A stretch of 34,897 bases of DNA from a virus (taxonomy: Duplodnaviria; Caudoviricetes). The position numbers and the translations under genes are program-made. The notes under the pieces are model-generated. The model made no database searches. It saw nothing but the letters and a program-made list of their open reading frames with translations, and was not told the origin of the DNA. Positions 6,729 through 15,506 of this stretch are shown here, piece after piece (position 1 is the stretch's first letter; each line of letters begins with the position of its first letter). The stretch is taken from positions 1 to 34,897 of the IMG/VR virus record IMGVR_UViG_3300012667_000098. One strand, written 5' to 3'.

Positions 6729-8507
6729 ATGGCAGTTGAAAACGGCGCAGAGTTTATATCCTTTTTAGGAACGGCAGCAACCGGTCTAGGCAAACTTGCG
6801 ACTGGAACTGCCGACCTTGGCACAGCTATGGGAGTAGCTACTAGCTCTCTCAAACTAATCCCCGGAGTAGGTGACGGCCTAAGCAAGCTAGCTGGCGGCA
6901 CTGCTGAATACACAATGGCTGTTAACAAGGCAGCGAACAGTACAGCAAACTACGGTACTTCAATGGCTAACAACACTGGCCAACTGCAAGAGTTAACTAA
7001 AAACTCACGCATGAGTTTAGACGACTACACTAAAACTATTGCACAAAACTCAGTTGGTATCAGCGGCTTTGGCAAGAACATGGATCAATCGGCTAAGAGA
7101 TTCTTAGAGTTTGGTGCAATTTTACAAGAGTCGGATGTTGCTAAGAAGATGAAAGATGCAGGCGTTGCATCTAAAGACTTTAACGACTTATTAGCTATCT
7201 CCATGACTAATCGTAGAACATTGGACATGAATGATGCAAAATCTAAGCAATCTGCAATTGAAGGAACAATGCAACTAGCAATGCAAATGGATGAGATTGC
7301 TAGGATCACAGGTAAGAGTGCAGAAGCACAGCGTAAAGATTTAGCAACAAGTTTGTCAAGAGCAGATGTACAAGCTGAATTGCTAGGCATGTCTGACGAA
7401 CAACGCACTGAATTTATGAAAATGAAAACAGCAGTTGGCCCGCTAGGTGAGTCAATTGGTAGTCTAGCTGATGAGATTATGACAGGCGGTGTTCGTACTA
7501 AGGAAGGTTCTGCTAAGTTTGCAGCCTTAGGGCCAGCAGGCGCAGATTTTGAAAAAGCAGTATTAGCTAGTAAAGAAGCTAAAACAAAAGAGCAAAAAGA
7601 TGAAGCAGCCGCCGCAATGGAACGAGCTAAGATTCGTATTACCGAGTATCAAACAAGTAAAGAATTTAGAGACCAAGTTAAGTACGACACAACCGCCACT
7701 GGCGACGCAGCTCGTAAGCAATTCCAAGAAAATGCAACTATTAATTCACAACTGGCTGCAATTAGAAACGACGGTGTTAAAACTGAAAAAGAATTAATTG
7801 ACGCTAAAAAAGATGCCGCCAACAAAAGTCGAAAAGGTGTTGACCTAGATACTGGAAAAGTAGAACCTGGCAGTGTTGTAGGACTAGGTTTAAACAAAGC
7901 CCAGCAAGCAGTAGAAGCTACTACTGCCGCAGTTGGCGGACAAATTAAGAAGTTAGGTGACGAGGCAGGCACTGCCGCTGAAAAAGTTGGCTTACTTGCT
8001 AAAATCCCAACAACTAGAGTAGATGTTGAAAAAGTAGGCAGTGACCTTATCAACAAAGTAACCGGCGGCAAAACAACTCCGCCGTCAACTGTAGGTTACA
8101 CTCCCGGACAAGGTCCAGTAAGTAGAGCAGAAGGATCGCTGGGATCAGTTGGCAAGCTGATTGAAGATTTTGGTAAAGGTACTCCAGCTGTGTTGCACGG
8201 CAAAGAAGGCGTAGTTACTGAAAACCAACTGAACGGGATTATTGCCCAAATTAAATCAGCCGCACAAGCAGAAGCAAGCAAAGCGTCCGAAAGCGCCGCA
8301 TCAAAATCAGCATCAGCGGCTCCTACAAGCGCAGAAGGCACTGCACCTAGCACTGACAATTCATCCATGAGTGACTTCGCTACCCAGCTAAGTCAGTTAA
8401 ATAAGATGATGGGACAATTAGTATTTTATTCTGAGCAAACAGCCGAGAATACAGGCGTACAGATTAAAGCTACTAAAGGTTTGTCTGGTAATAGATTGGC
8501 CTTCTAA
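6729..8507 (+). CDS. Tape-measure-like / baseplate hub protein (T4 gp29 analogue)
   Basis: 592 aa, Ala/Lys/Gly-rich and helical, with a C-terminal PAVLHGKEGVV motif typical of tape-measure-like proteins. Adjacent to the frameshifted chaperone-like gene. Confidence 0.6.
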   Translation: MAVENGAEFISFLGTAATGLGKLATGTADLGTAMGVATSSLKLIPGVGDGLSKLAGGTAEYTMAVNKAANSTANYGTSMANNTGQLQELTKNSRMSLDDYTKTIAQNSVGISGFGKNMDQSAKRFLEFGAILQESDVAKKMKDAGVASKDFNDLLAISMTNRRTLDMNDAKSKQSAIEGTMQLAMQMDEIARITGKSAEAQRKDLATSLSRADVQAELLGMSDEQRTEFMKMKTAVGPLGESIGSLADEIMTGGVRTKEGSAKFAALGPAGADFEKAVLASKEAKTKEQKDEAAAAMERAKIRITEYQTSKEFRDQVKYDTTATGDAARKQFQENATINSQLAAIRNDGVKTEKELIDAKKDAANKSRKGVDLDTGKVEPGSVVGLGLNKAQQAVEATTAAVGGQIKKLGDEAGTAAEKVGLLAKIPTTRVDVEKVGSDLINKVTGGKTTPPSTVGYTPGQGPVSRAEGSLGSVGKLIEDFGKGTPAVLHGKEGVVTENQLNGIIAQIKSAAQAEASKASESAASKSASAAPTSAEGTAPSTDNSSMSDFATQLSQLNKMMGQLVFYSEQTAENTGVQIKATKGLSGNRLAF

Positions 8508-8527
8508 ATCAAGGATTAACAAACAAC

Positions 8528-10258
8528 ATGAGTTGGAAAAAGTATTTTACCCCAGTACCTGTGAATAATTCACCAAGTCTAATGCCTGGCGCAAGCTCAG
8601 GAGCAAGACCAGGTCCTGCCCAGACAAACTATTCAAGCTACTTGCCTGACATTTATTCGGGCAGTCCAAACCGTATTGATCGCTATCAACAATACGAAGT
8701 AATGGACAGTGATCCAGAAGTTAATGCGGCTTTAGACATTCTTGCAGAGTTCTGTACACAAAAAGAAAAGAGTGGCAAAAGTCCTTTTACTGTGCAGTGG
8801 CGCAGTAAAGCAACTAACAGCGAAATCCGTATCTTAGGCGAATACCTACAACAGTGGTCACGCTTGCAAAAGTTTGATACTCGCATTTTCCGTATTATGC
8901 GAAATGTATTCAAGTACGGTGATGCATTCTTTATCCGCGATCCAGAAACACAAAAGTGGTCTTATGTAGATCCAAGTAAAGTTGTTAAGATTATCGTTAA
9001 TGAAAGCGATGGCAAGAAGCCTGAGCAATTTATCGTTAAAGATCTAGCACCTAACTTTGAAAATTTAGTTGCTACACAAATCACAGCTAACATCAATCCA
9101 CGCAACAACGGTGGCGGCACTATTCCAACTAGCGGCGCCTTAGGTGCTAGTGGTGTTCAGAAAACTAGCGGCAGCGGTTACTCGAACAGTTCAACAGGCT
9201 CACGCTTTGGCATGAGCGAACAAGAACACGCAATTAATGCTGATCATGTAGTACACTTATCACTGTCAGAAGGTTTAGATAATAACTTCCCGTTTGGTAA
9301 CAGCTTACTTGAAAATATTTTTAAAGTATACAAGCAAAAAGAATTGTTAGAAGATGCGATTCTAATTTATCGTATACAGCGAGCTCCAGAGCGCCGTGTA
9401 TTCCATATTGACGTTGGTAACATGCCGTCGCACATGGCTATGGCATTCGTTGAAAGAGTTAAGAACGAGATTCATCAGCGCCGTATTCCAAGTCAGACTG
9501 GTGGCGGTCAGAATGTAATCGACTCAGCATACAATCCGTTATCAATCAACGAAGATTACTTCTTCCCAACAACAGCAGAAGGTCGTGGATCTAAAGTTGA
9601 AACATTGCCAGGCGGTACTAACCTTGGCGAGATTGATGACTTGAAATACTTTACTAACAAGCTATTCCGTGGCTTGCGAATTCCATCAAGCTACTTGCCA
9701 ACAGGCGCAGATGACTCACAAGCATCATTTAACGATGGTCGTGTGGGTACTGCATACATTCAAGAATTGCGTTTTAACAAGTACTGCGAGCGTTTACAAA
9801 GTCTTATCACTGCGGTATTTGATGAAGAATTCAAAATGTTTATGTACTCAAAAGGCGTAAACATTGACTCTAACCTATTTGAATTAAAGTTTAATCCTCC
9901 TTTAAACTTTGCAAGTGCAAGACAAAGTGGCTTAGACAGCGAGCGTATTAACACATTTAATACTATTCAAGCTGTTCCATATATGTCTAAACGATTTGCA
10001 TTGAAGCGTTTCTTAGGCTTATCAGACGATGAAGTTGCAGAAAACGAACGCATGTGGGGCGAAGAACAAGGTCAAGGCCAACCTACTAATACAGATGCTG
10101 CCGGCGAATTGCGATCAGCAGGTCTAAGTGCCGCAGGTATCGAAGGCGATTTAGGTATGGCAGGAGACTTGACAGCACCAGACGACATGGAAGGTGAAGA
10201 AGGTGCTGCACCAGTTGCACCAACAGGCGGCGCACCAGCCGCTCCTCCAGCAGCCTAA
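8528..10258 (+). CDS. gp20: Portal vertex protein (T4 gp20-like)
   Basis: LLEDAILIYRIQRAPERRVFHIDVGNMP, EDYFFP, GRGSKVETLPGG.NLGEIDDLKYF..KLFRGLRIPSSYL and ELRFNKYCERLQ. Confidence 0.95.
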   Translation: MSWKKYFTPVPVNNSPSLMPGASSGARPGPAQTNYSSYLPDIYSGSPNRIDRYQQYEVMDSDPEVNAALDILAEFCTQKEKSGKSPFTVQWRSKATNSEIRILGEYLQQWSRLQKFDTRIFRIMRNVFKYGDAFFIRDPETQKWSYVDPSKVVKIIVNESDGKKPEQFIVKDLAPNFENLVATQITANINPRNNGGGTIPTSGALGASGVQKTSGSGYSNSSTGSRFGMSEQEHAINADHVVHLSLSEGLDNNFPFGNSLLENIFKVYKQKELLEDAILIYRIQRAPERRVFHIDVGNMPSHMAMAFVERVKNEIHQRRIPSQTGGGQNVIDSAYNPLSINEDYFFPTTAEGRGSKVETLPGGTNLGEIDDLKYFTNKLFRGLRIPSSYLPTGADDSQASFNDGRVGTAYIQELRFNKYCERLQSLITAVFDEEFKMFMYSKGVNIDSNLFELKFNPPLNFASARQSGLDSERINTFNTIQAVPYMSKRFALKRFLGLSDDEVAENERMWGEEQGQGQPTNTDAAGELRSAGLSAAGIEGDLGMAGDLTAPDDMEGEEGAAPVAPTGGAPAAPPAA

Positions 10259-10260
10259 GC

Positions 10261-10266
10261 TAAATA
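10261..10266 (+). promoter_or_regulatory. Late promoter TAAATA, probably giving a leaderless mRNA
   Basis: TAAATA-CATC-ATG with no Shine-Dalgarno. Confidence 0.6.
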
Positions 10267-10270
10267 CATC

Positions 10271-10510
10271 ATGATCCTAAGAGAATTGTTTTATATAGAC
10301 CCTGATACAAGAGCGCAAGCTAACGACTTGCGTTATTCGGCAGGCCATGATTCGTCTATAATGAAAAGATCAGATACAAGAAAGACTAGATTAACACTAG
10401 GACAAATTAATGAATTAAGAAAAGCAAGTGAAGCACACATATTAGATCAAGAAAGCGAATTGGCTTTTATTACTAAGATGTATGCAACCCCAGCGGCACC
10501 TGCGGCATAA
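10271..10510 (+). CDS. Small head-module protein (79 aa), function unknown
   Basis: Lies between portal and core genes, has its own late promoter, and contains RKTRLTLGQINELRK. Confidence 0.75.
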   Translation: MILRELFYIDPDTRAQANDLRYSAGHDSSIMKRSDTRKTRLTLGQINELRKASEAHILDQESELAFITKMYATPAAPAA

Positions 10511-10576
10511 ATATTCCATTAAATCACAAAACGAGGCGTTTTTGTGGTATTATCATACACTTTTTAAACTCTAGTG

Positions 10577-10582
10577 TAAATA
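10577..10582 (+). promoter_or_regulatory. Late promoter TAAATA
   Basis: Upstream of an AGGAG RBS and ATG 10618. Confidence 0.6.
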
Positions 10583-10617
10583 TTACACAGCCTTGTAATC
10601 AATCATAGGAGAAAAAC

Positions 10618-11448
10618 ATGACTGACCGTACACAATTTGAAGCCATGCTTGAGGCATTGATCAATGAAGATCAAGAAACAGCAAAAGAGATTTTCCATAA
10701 TATCGTAGTTGCAAAAAGCCGCGAAATTTACGAAGAGCTATTAGAATCTGATTTTAGTATTTCTGAAGAGGAAGATGAAGAAGAAGATATGGAAGAAGCC
10801 TTTGGTGAAGAAGAAGGTGAAGAAGAAGCACCTGCTGATGACGAAGAGTCAGAAGAAGGCGAAGGCGACGAAATGGGCGCTGACGACATGGGTGGTGAAG
10901 AAGAAGAAGGTGAAGACCTAAGCAGTGACGAACAGACAGATCGTATTTTAGATCTAGAAGACGCATTAGAAGAACTAAAAGCAGAATTTGAACAGTTGAT
11001 GGCTGGTGAAGAAAATGAACCAGAACACGCTGACATGTTTGGTGGCGACGAAATGGGCGCTGACGACATGGGTGGTGACTTAGAGTCTGAATTAGACGAA
11101 TTAGGTCAACCAGTATTTGAATATGTAAACAAAGTATCATTACCAAAGCACGGTGACAACGGCGTTAATGCTAAGTCAATCGTAGCTAAGAAAAACGACA
11201 TGGGTGGAACATCTGCTAACATCGTTAAAGGTGGTACAAGTGAAACAGGTGGCACAAAAGGTGGTTTACTAAACCCAGCTACTAAAGAAGACAACGCAGG
11301 CAACATCAACAAGCCAGGCGCAAATGCAGGTAAGACAGCTTTTAAAAAGCGTGAACCAGGTCATGGCGCTGAGAAGAAAGGTGCTGCACCACAAGAAGAC
11401 AAGAGCGCAGGTAGCCCATTAAACGGCGCACCAGGCCGCGCTAAGTAA
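10618..11448 (+). CDS. Highly acidic prohead core/scaffold-like protein (positional analogue of T4 gp67/gp68)
   Basis: Glu/Asp-rich centre, short coiled coil and Gly/Lys-rich tail. Lies between portal and protease with a strong RBS. Confidence 0.65.
   Translation: MTDRTQFEAMLEALINEDQETAKEIFHNIVVAKSREIYEELLESDFSISEEEDEEEDMEEAFGEEEGEEEAPADDEESEEGEGDEMGADDMGGEEEEGEDLSSDEQTDRILDLEDALEELKAEFEQLMAGEENEPEHADMFGGDEMGADDMGGDLESELDELGQPVFEYVNKVSLPKHGDNGVNAKSIVAKKNDMGGTSANIVKGGTSETGGTKGGLLNPATKEDNAGNINKPGANAGKTAFKKREPGHGAEKKGAAPQEDKSAGSPLNGAPGRAK
10864..11078 (+). repeat. 35-bp exact direct repeat (GDEMGADDMGG), copies at 10864-10898 and 11044-11078
   Basis: GGCGACGAAATGGGCGCTGACGACATGGGTGGTGA occurs twice, 180 bp apart. 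Confidence 0.9.
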
Positions 11449-11469
11449 TAAGAAGAGTACATAGATAAT

Positions 11470-12099
11470 ATGTCACTATACCTCCGAGAGAATCTCAGTT
11501 TCAACGAAGCAAAAATGGTCGTTGAGTCTGATGACAAAGAAGGAAAAAACTTATACATGTCCGGGATTTGTATCCAGGGCGGTATTCGTAACGCTAACCA
11601 GCGTGTTTATCCTGTTAATGAGATTGGCAAGGCTGTTAAGACCCTTAACGATCAGATTCAAAATGGCTATTCAGTTCTCGGAGAAGTAGATCATCCAGAT
11701 GATCTAAAAATTAACCTGGACCGTGTTTCCCATATGATCGTTAATATGTGGATGGACGGCCCTAATGGTTATGGTAAACTGAAAATTTTACCAACCCCTA
11801 TGGGACAACTAATTAAAACAATGCTGGAAAGCGGCGTTAAGTTAGGTGTTTCAAGTCGCGGATCCGGGAACGTCAGAGATGACGGTTCCGGTGAAGTATC
11901 AGATTTTGAGATTATCACAGTAGATATGGTAGCTCAACCTAGTGCTCCGGGAGCATATCCAACACCAATTTATGAACACCTGATGAATAGTCGTGGTGGT
12001 CTTAATGCCTTGCGTATAGCGCAAGAGGTGAAGGGTGACCCGAAGGCACAGAAATATCTCAAAGAGAGCCTATTAGGAATAATTGGCAAACTCCAATAA
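11470..12099 (+). CDS. gp21: Prohead core protease (T4 gp21-like)
   Basis: NANQRVYP, LGEVDHP, RVSH, LPTPMG, GVSSRGSG and DMVAQPSAPGAY, including the catalytic His/Ser motifs. Confidence 0.95.
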   Translation: MSLYLRENLSFNEAKMVVESDDKEGKNLYMSGICIQGGIRNANQRVYPVNEIGKAVKTLNDQIQNGYSVLGEVDHPDDLKINLDRVSHMIVNMWMDGPNGYGKLKILPTPMGQLIKTMLESGVKLGVSSRGSGNVRDDGSGEVSDFEIITVDMVAQPSAPGAYPTPIYEHLMNSRGGLNALRIAQEVKGDPKAQKYLKESLLGIIGKLQ

Positions 12100-12112
12100 C
12101 AAGGAGAATCAC

Positions 12113-13210
12113 ATGTTGGATGCACTAAAAACTTTATTCGAGAACAATGTGATTTCTGAAGAGATCCAAGAGTCTATTGAGAAAGCATGGGAATCTCGTG
12201 TAAACGAGAACCGTGAACAAGTTTCTCAACAACTCCGCGAAGAGTTCGCACAAAGATACGAGCACGATAAGAACGCAATGATTGAAGCTGTTGACAATAT
12301 GTTATCAGAACAATTAGCTAGCGAACTTGTTGAATTTGCAGAAGATCGTAAGCAATTAGCTGAAATGAAGGTTAAGTATGCACAGAAGATGAAACAAGAT
12401 TCTGGCATGTTGAAGGAATTCGTTCTTTCACAACTTAAATCTGAAGTTGCAGAATTGCATGAAGATCAAATGGCAATGGCTAGTAAGTTTGGCACATTAG
12501 AACACTTCGTAGTGGAAGCTCTAGCTCAAGAAATTACAGAGTTTTATAAAGATAAACAGGACTTGGCCGAAACCAAGGTTCGTTTAGTTCGCGAAGGTCG
12601 CGAGCAAATCAAGCAAGTTAAACAACAGTTTGTTGAGCGTGCCGCAAAGATGGTTGATCAAGTAGTAAGTGAAAACTTACAAACTGAAATCACTTCACTA
12701 AAAGAAGACATCGAAGCAGCTCGTCGCGCAGACTTTGGTCGCAAGCTATTCGAGGCTTTTGCCGCAGAATACAGCACAAGCTACTTGAATGAAAAATCAG
12801 AAACTGCAAAATTACTCAAAGTCATAGACATGAAAGATTTGGCTATTCAGGAAGCTGCTCAAGCAGTTGTCCAGGCTGAACAAATACTAGAAAGTAAACA
12901 AGCAGAAGTCCAGGCTTTGAAAGAAGCAGGCGAAAGAACAAAGATCATGAGTGAACTACTAGCTCCGTTAAACGCAGAGCAACGCAGTATCATGGGTGAA
13001 TTGATGGAGAGCGTAAAGACTACTAAACTTAACGAAAGTTTTGAGAAGTATCTTCCAGCTGTAGTAGCTGGTAAAGCGCCGCAGAAGAAACAGGCACTCG
13101 TAGAGGCAAAAGAAATTACAGGAAATAAAGAAATTTCCAACAGCGTTCGTAGCAGCGAGGAACAGTCAAACATCGTTGACATCCGTCGCCTCGCTGGACT
13201 AAAAATTTAA
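12113..13210 (+). CDS. gp22: Prohead scaffolding protein (T4 gp22-like)
   Basis: Glu/Lys-rich coiled coil between protease and capsid genes. The start is placed at ATG 12113 after AAGGAG (the track gives 12083). Confidence 0.8.
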   Translation: MLDALKTLFENNVISEEIQESIEKAWESRVNENREQVSQQLREEFAQRYEHDKNAMIEAVDNMLSEQLASELVEFAEDRKQLAEMKVKYAQKMKQDSGMLKEFVLSQLKSEVAELHEDQMAMASKFGTLEHFVVEALAQEITEFYKDKQDLAETKVRLVREGREQIKQVKQQFVERAAKMVDQVVSENLQTEITSLKEDIEAARRADFGRKLFEAFAAEYSTSYLNEKSETAKLLKVIDMKDLAIQEAAQAVVQAEQILESKQAEVQALKEAGERTKIMSELLAPLNAEQRSIMGELMESVKTTKLNESFEKYLPAVVAGKAPQKKQALVEAKEITGNKEISNSVRSSEEQSNIVDIRRLAGLKI

Positions 13211-13222
13211 GGAGAAATTTAA

Positions 13223-14386
13223 ATGTCAGAACTACTAAATGGCCGTTGGGCAGAGACTAAAGAGGCCCTATTAGAAGGCCTACAAGGAACAAAGAAATCA
13301 GTAATGGGCGTGACTCTAGAAAATACTAAAAAGTATTTGCAAGAATCTGCTACTGCTGGTGCTACTTCTGCCGGCAACGTCGCAACTTTAAACCGCGTGA
13401 TTCTACCAGTAATCCGTCGTGTAATGCCAACCGTTATTGCTAACGAATTGGTAGGTGTACAACCAATGACTGGCCCAGTTGGTCAAATCCATACATTGAG
13501 AGTTCGTTATTCAGACAGCTCAAGCAATGCTGGTGTTACTGCTGGTGAAGAGGCATTAAGCCCATTCAAGATTGCTGAAGGCTATTCAGCTGATTCAACT
13601 GGTAAGGCTGTTTCTACAGCATCTCTAGAAGGTCAAGCTGGTAAGCGTATGAGCATCCAGATCTTGAAACAAACCGTTGAAGCTAAGACTCGTAAGTTAA
13701 GCGCTCGCTGGACTTTCGAAGCTGCTCAAGACGCACAAGCCCAACAAGGTATTGACGTTGAAGCAGAAATCATGGCTGCATTGGCTCAAGAAATCACTGC
13801 TGAAATCGACCAAGAGATCCTAGCATCTCTAAGCTCACTAGCTGGTTCAGCCGCAGAGACATACAACCAAGCTGCCGTTTCAGGTACTGCTACATTCGTT
13901 GGTGACGAACACGCTGCTCTAGCTGTTCAGATCAACCGTGTTGCTAACTTGATCGCTCAGCGTACACGTCGTGGTGCTGGTAACTGGGCCGTTGTTAGCC
14001 CAACAGCATTGACAATCCTTCAATCTGCTACTACTAGCGCATTTGCTCGTACAACAGAAGGTACATTCGAAGCCCCAACAAACACTAAGTTCGTTGGTAC
14101 ATTGAACAACGCTATGAAGGTTTATGTAAACAGCTATGCTACATCTGACGATGTATTAGTTGGTTACAAAGGTTCATCAGAATCAGATGCAGCGGCATTC
14201 TATTGCCCTTACATCCCATTGATGAGCTCTGGTGTTGTACTAGATCCATCAACTTTCGAACCAGTCGTTTCATTCATGACTCGTTATGGTTATGTTGAGT
14301 TGTCAAACACTGCGTCATCTCTAGGTAACGCAGCTGACTACTTAGGTAAAGTTGGTATCACTACAGCTAACGTCAAGTTCAGCTAA
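13223..14386 (+). CDS. gp23: Major capsid protein (T4 gp23-like)
   Basis: GVQPMTGPVGQIHTLR, VEAKTRKLSARWTFEAAQD, EITAEIDQEI, AFYCPYIPL and FEPVVSFMTRYG. Confidence 0.96.
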   Translation: MSELLNGRWAETKEALLEGLQGTKKSVMGVTLENTKKYLQESATAGATSAGNVATLNRVILPVIRRVMPTVIANELVGVQPMTGPVGQIHTLRVRYSDSSSNAGVTAGEEALSPFKIAEGYSADSTGKAVSTASLEGQAGKRMSIQILKQTVEAKTRKLSARWTFEAAQDAQAQQGIDVEAEIMAALAQEITAEIDQEILASLSSLAGSAAETYNQAAVSGTATFVGDEHAALAVQINRVANLIAQRTRRGAGNWAVVSPTALTILQSATTSAFARTTEGTFEAPTNTKFVGTLNNAMKVYVNSYATSDDVLVGYKGSSESDAAAFYCPYIPLMSSGVVLDPSTFEPVVSFMTRYGYVELSNTASSLGNAADYLGKVGITTANVKFS

Positions 14387-14414
14387 TCAACTTACCGTAA
14401 GGTTAGTTAATATT

Positions 14415-14439
14415 AAAGGGCTCTTCGGAGCCCTTTCTT
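14415..14439 (+). terminator. Rho-independent terminator with cUUCGg tetraloop
   Basis: AAAGGGCTC-TTCG-GAGCCCTTT-CTT just after gp23. Confidence 0.85.
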
Positions 14440-14446
14440 ACGAATG

Positions 14447-14454
14447 TATAAATA
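14447..14454 (+). promoter_or_regulatory. Late promoter TATAAATA (perfect)
   Basis: Exact T4 late consensus immediately after the terminator. Confidence 0.8.
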
Positions 14455-14462
14455 CTATGTAT

Positions 14463-14520
14463 GATTCACACAGGGTGAATTTTATGCGGAAATCCAACCG
14501 CGTATGGCCTAGAACGCCAT
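14463..14520 (+). promoter_or_regulatory. Structured 5' leader with three tandem hairpins
   Basis: GATTCAC/GTGAATT, TATGCGG/CCGCGTA and ATGGC/GCCAT lie between the promoter and the AAGGAG RBS. Confidence 0.55.
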
Positions 14521-14541
14521 CTTTCTTAAGGAGAAAATAAA

Positions 14542-15465
14542 ATGGGACGTCCTTTAAATAAAAAATATTTTGGTAACCGCAACATCGGTTCTGCAAGTAC
14601 GGCAGCAGATAATGCTATCGGTGGCGGAGCAGTTGCTAGCGTTACATTAGATGCATTAGGTGCATATACAACTCGCCCAACAATTACATTTGCTGTACCA
14701 ACAATTCCAGGCGGTGTTCGTGCTACTGGTACAATTACTTCTGAAGTAGTAACCGCCGCAGTATCAAATGGTGTTACAGGTGAAGGTTACACAGTTGGTG
14801 ATTTAGTTACATTTGACGGTATTGATGGGGTAATTGGTTATGTTGCTACCGTTGGTAGTGGTGTTCAAGAAATCCAAAGCATTACATTTACACAAGCAGG
14901 TACAAGCCGTGGTACATTTACAACATTGCCAGCTGACCTTACTGATGTAGCAGTTATTGGTGGAACAGGTACATTAAGTACTGTTAACATTTCCTTCCGT
15001 GCTAAAGCAGTTGTAATTACAGAAGCAGGTTCTGGTTATGTAGCCGCACCTGAGCCAACATTTACACAATCTGTAACTGCTGATTCAGTTAACATGTTAG
15101 TTGACAGCACAACAGTTGGTACAGTTGGCAATCAAGAAAATGCAGTTCGTATGACAGCATACTTAACAGGCGGTTCAGCAACTGAAGTTGATATCATTCG
15201 CCAAGTTTCAACTAACCGTTACAAAGTAACAGACGGTACTCGTACTGGTATTGTTGCTCTTCAAACAACTGAAGCAAACGCAGCCGGTGAAGGTAGTATT
15301 CTTGCTACTGACAGCGATGCTGGTACTTACTATGTTACTAAGTTAACAGCTCACAAAGCAACATTAACTCGTGGAACAGGTACACAGTTTGCAACAGGCC
15401 AAGCTATCCAATGGACATTTGGCGCAGCTACTGAAGGTGCAACTGTACAACTTTCTAACGCTTAA
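14542..15465 (+). CDS. Virion structural protein (possible capsid decoration/vertex protein)
   Basis: Thr/Gly/Ala/Val-rich and beta-type. It has its own promoter, RBS and downstream hairpin, directly after the major capsid gene. Confidence 0.55.
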   Translation: MGRPLNKKYFGNRNIGSASTAADNAIGGGAVASVTLDALGAYTTRPTITFAVPTIPGGVRATGTITSEVVTAAVSNGVTGEGYTVGDLVTFDGIDGVIGYVATVGSGVQEIQSITFTQAGTSRGTFTTLPADLTDVAVIGGTGTLSTVNISFRAKAVVITEAGSGYVAAPEPTFTQSVTADSVNMLVDSTTVGTVGNQENAVRMTAYLTGGSATEVDIIRQVSTNRYKVTDGTRTGIVALQTTEANAAGEGSILATDSDAGTYYVTKLTAHKATLTRGTGTQFATGQAIQWTFGAATEGATVQLSNA

Positions 15466-15473
15466 TTAGTATA

Positions 15474-15496
15474 AGGGGACTTCGGTCCCCTACTTA
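15474..15496 (+). terminator. Hairpin with cUUCGg tetraloop, probable terminator
   Basis: AGGGGAC-TTCG-GTCCCCT followed by a weak U-tail. Confidence 0.7.
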
Positions 15497-15506
15497 AGGA
15501 TAACAC

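Noticed and set aside
8398-8403. TAAATA inside the end of the tape-measure-like gene as a portal promoter
   Set aside because: It is plausible, but it lies within coding sequence and the hexamer is common in AT-rich DNA, so it is not supportable without TSS data.
14352-14540. 62-aa ORF after gp23
   Set aside because: It overlaps the capsid stop, terminator, promoter and structured leader, and is better explained as regulatory DNA.
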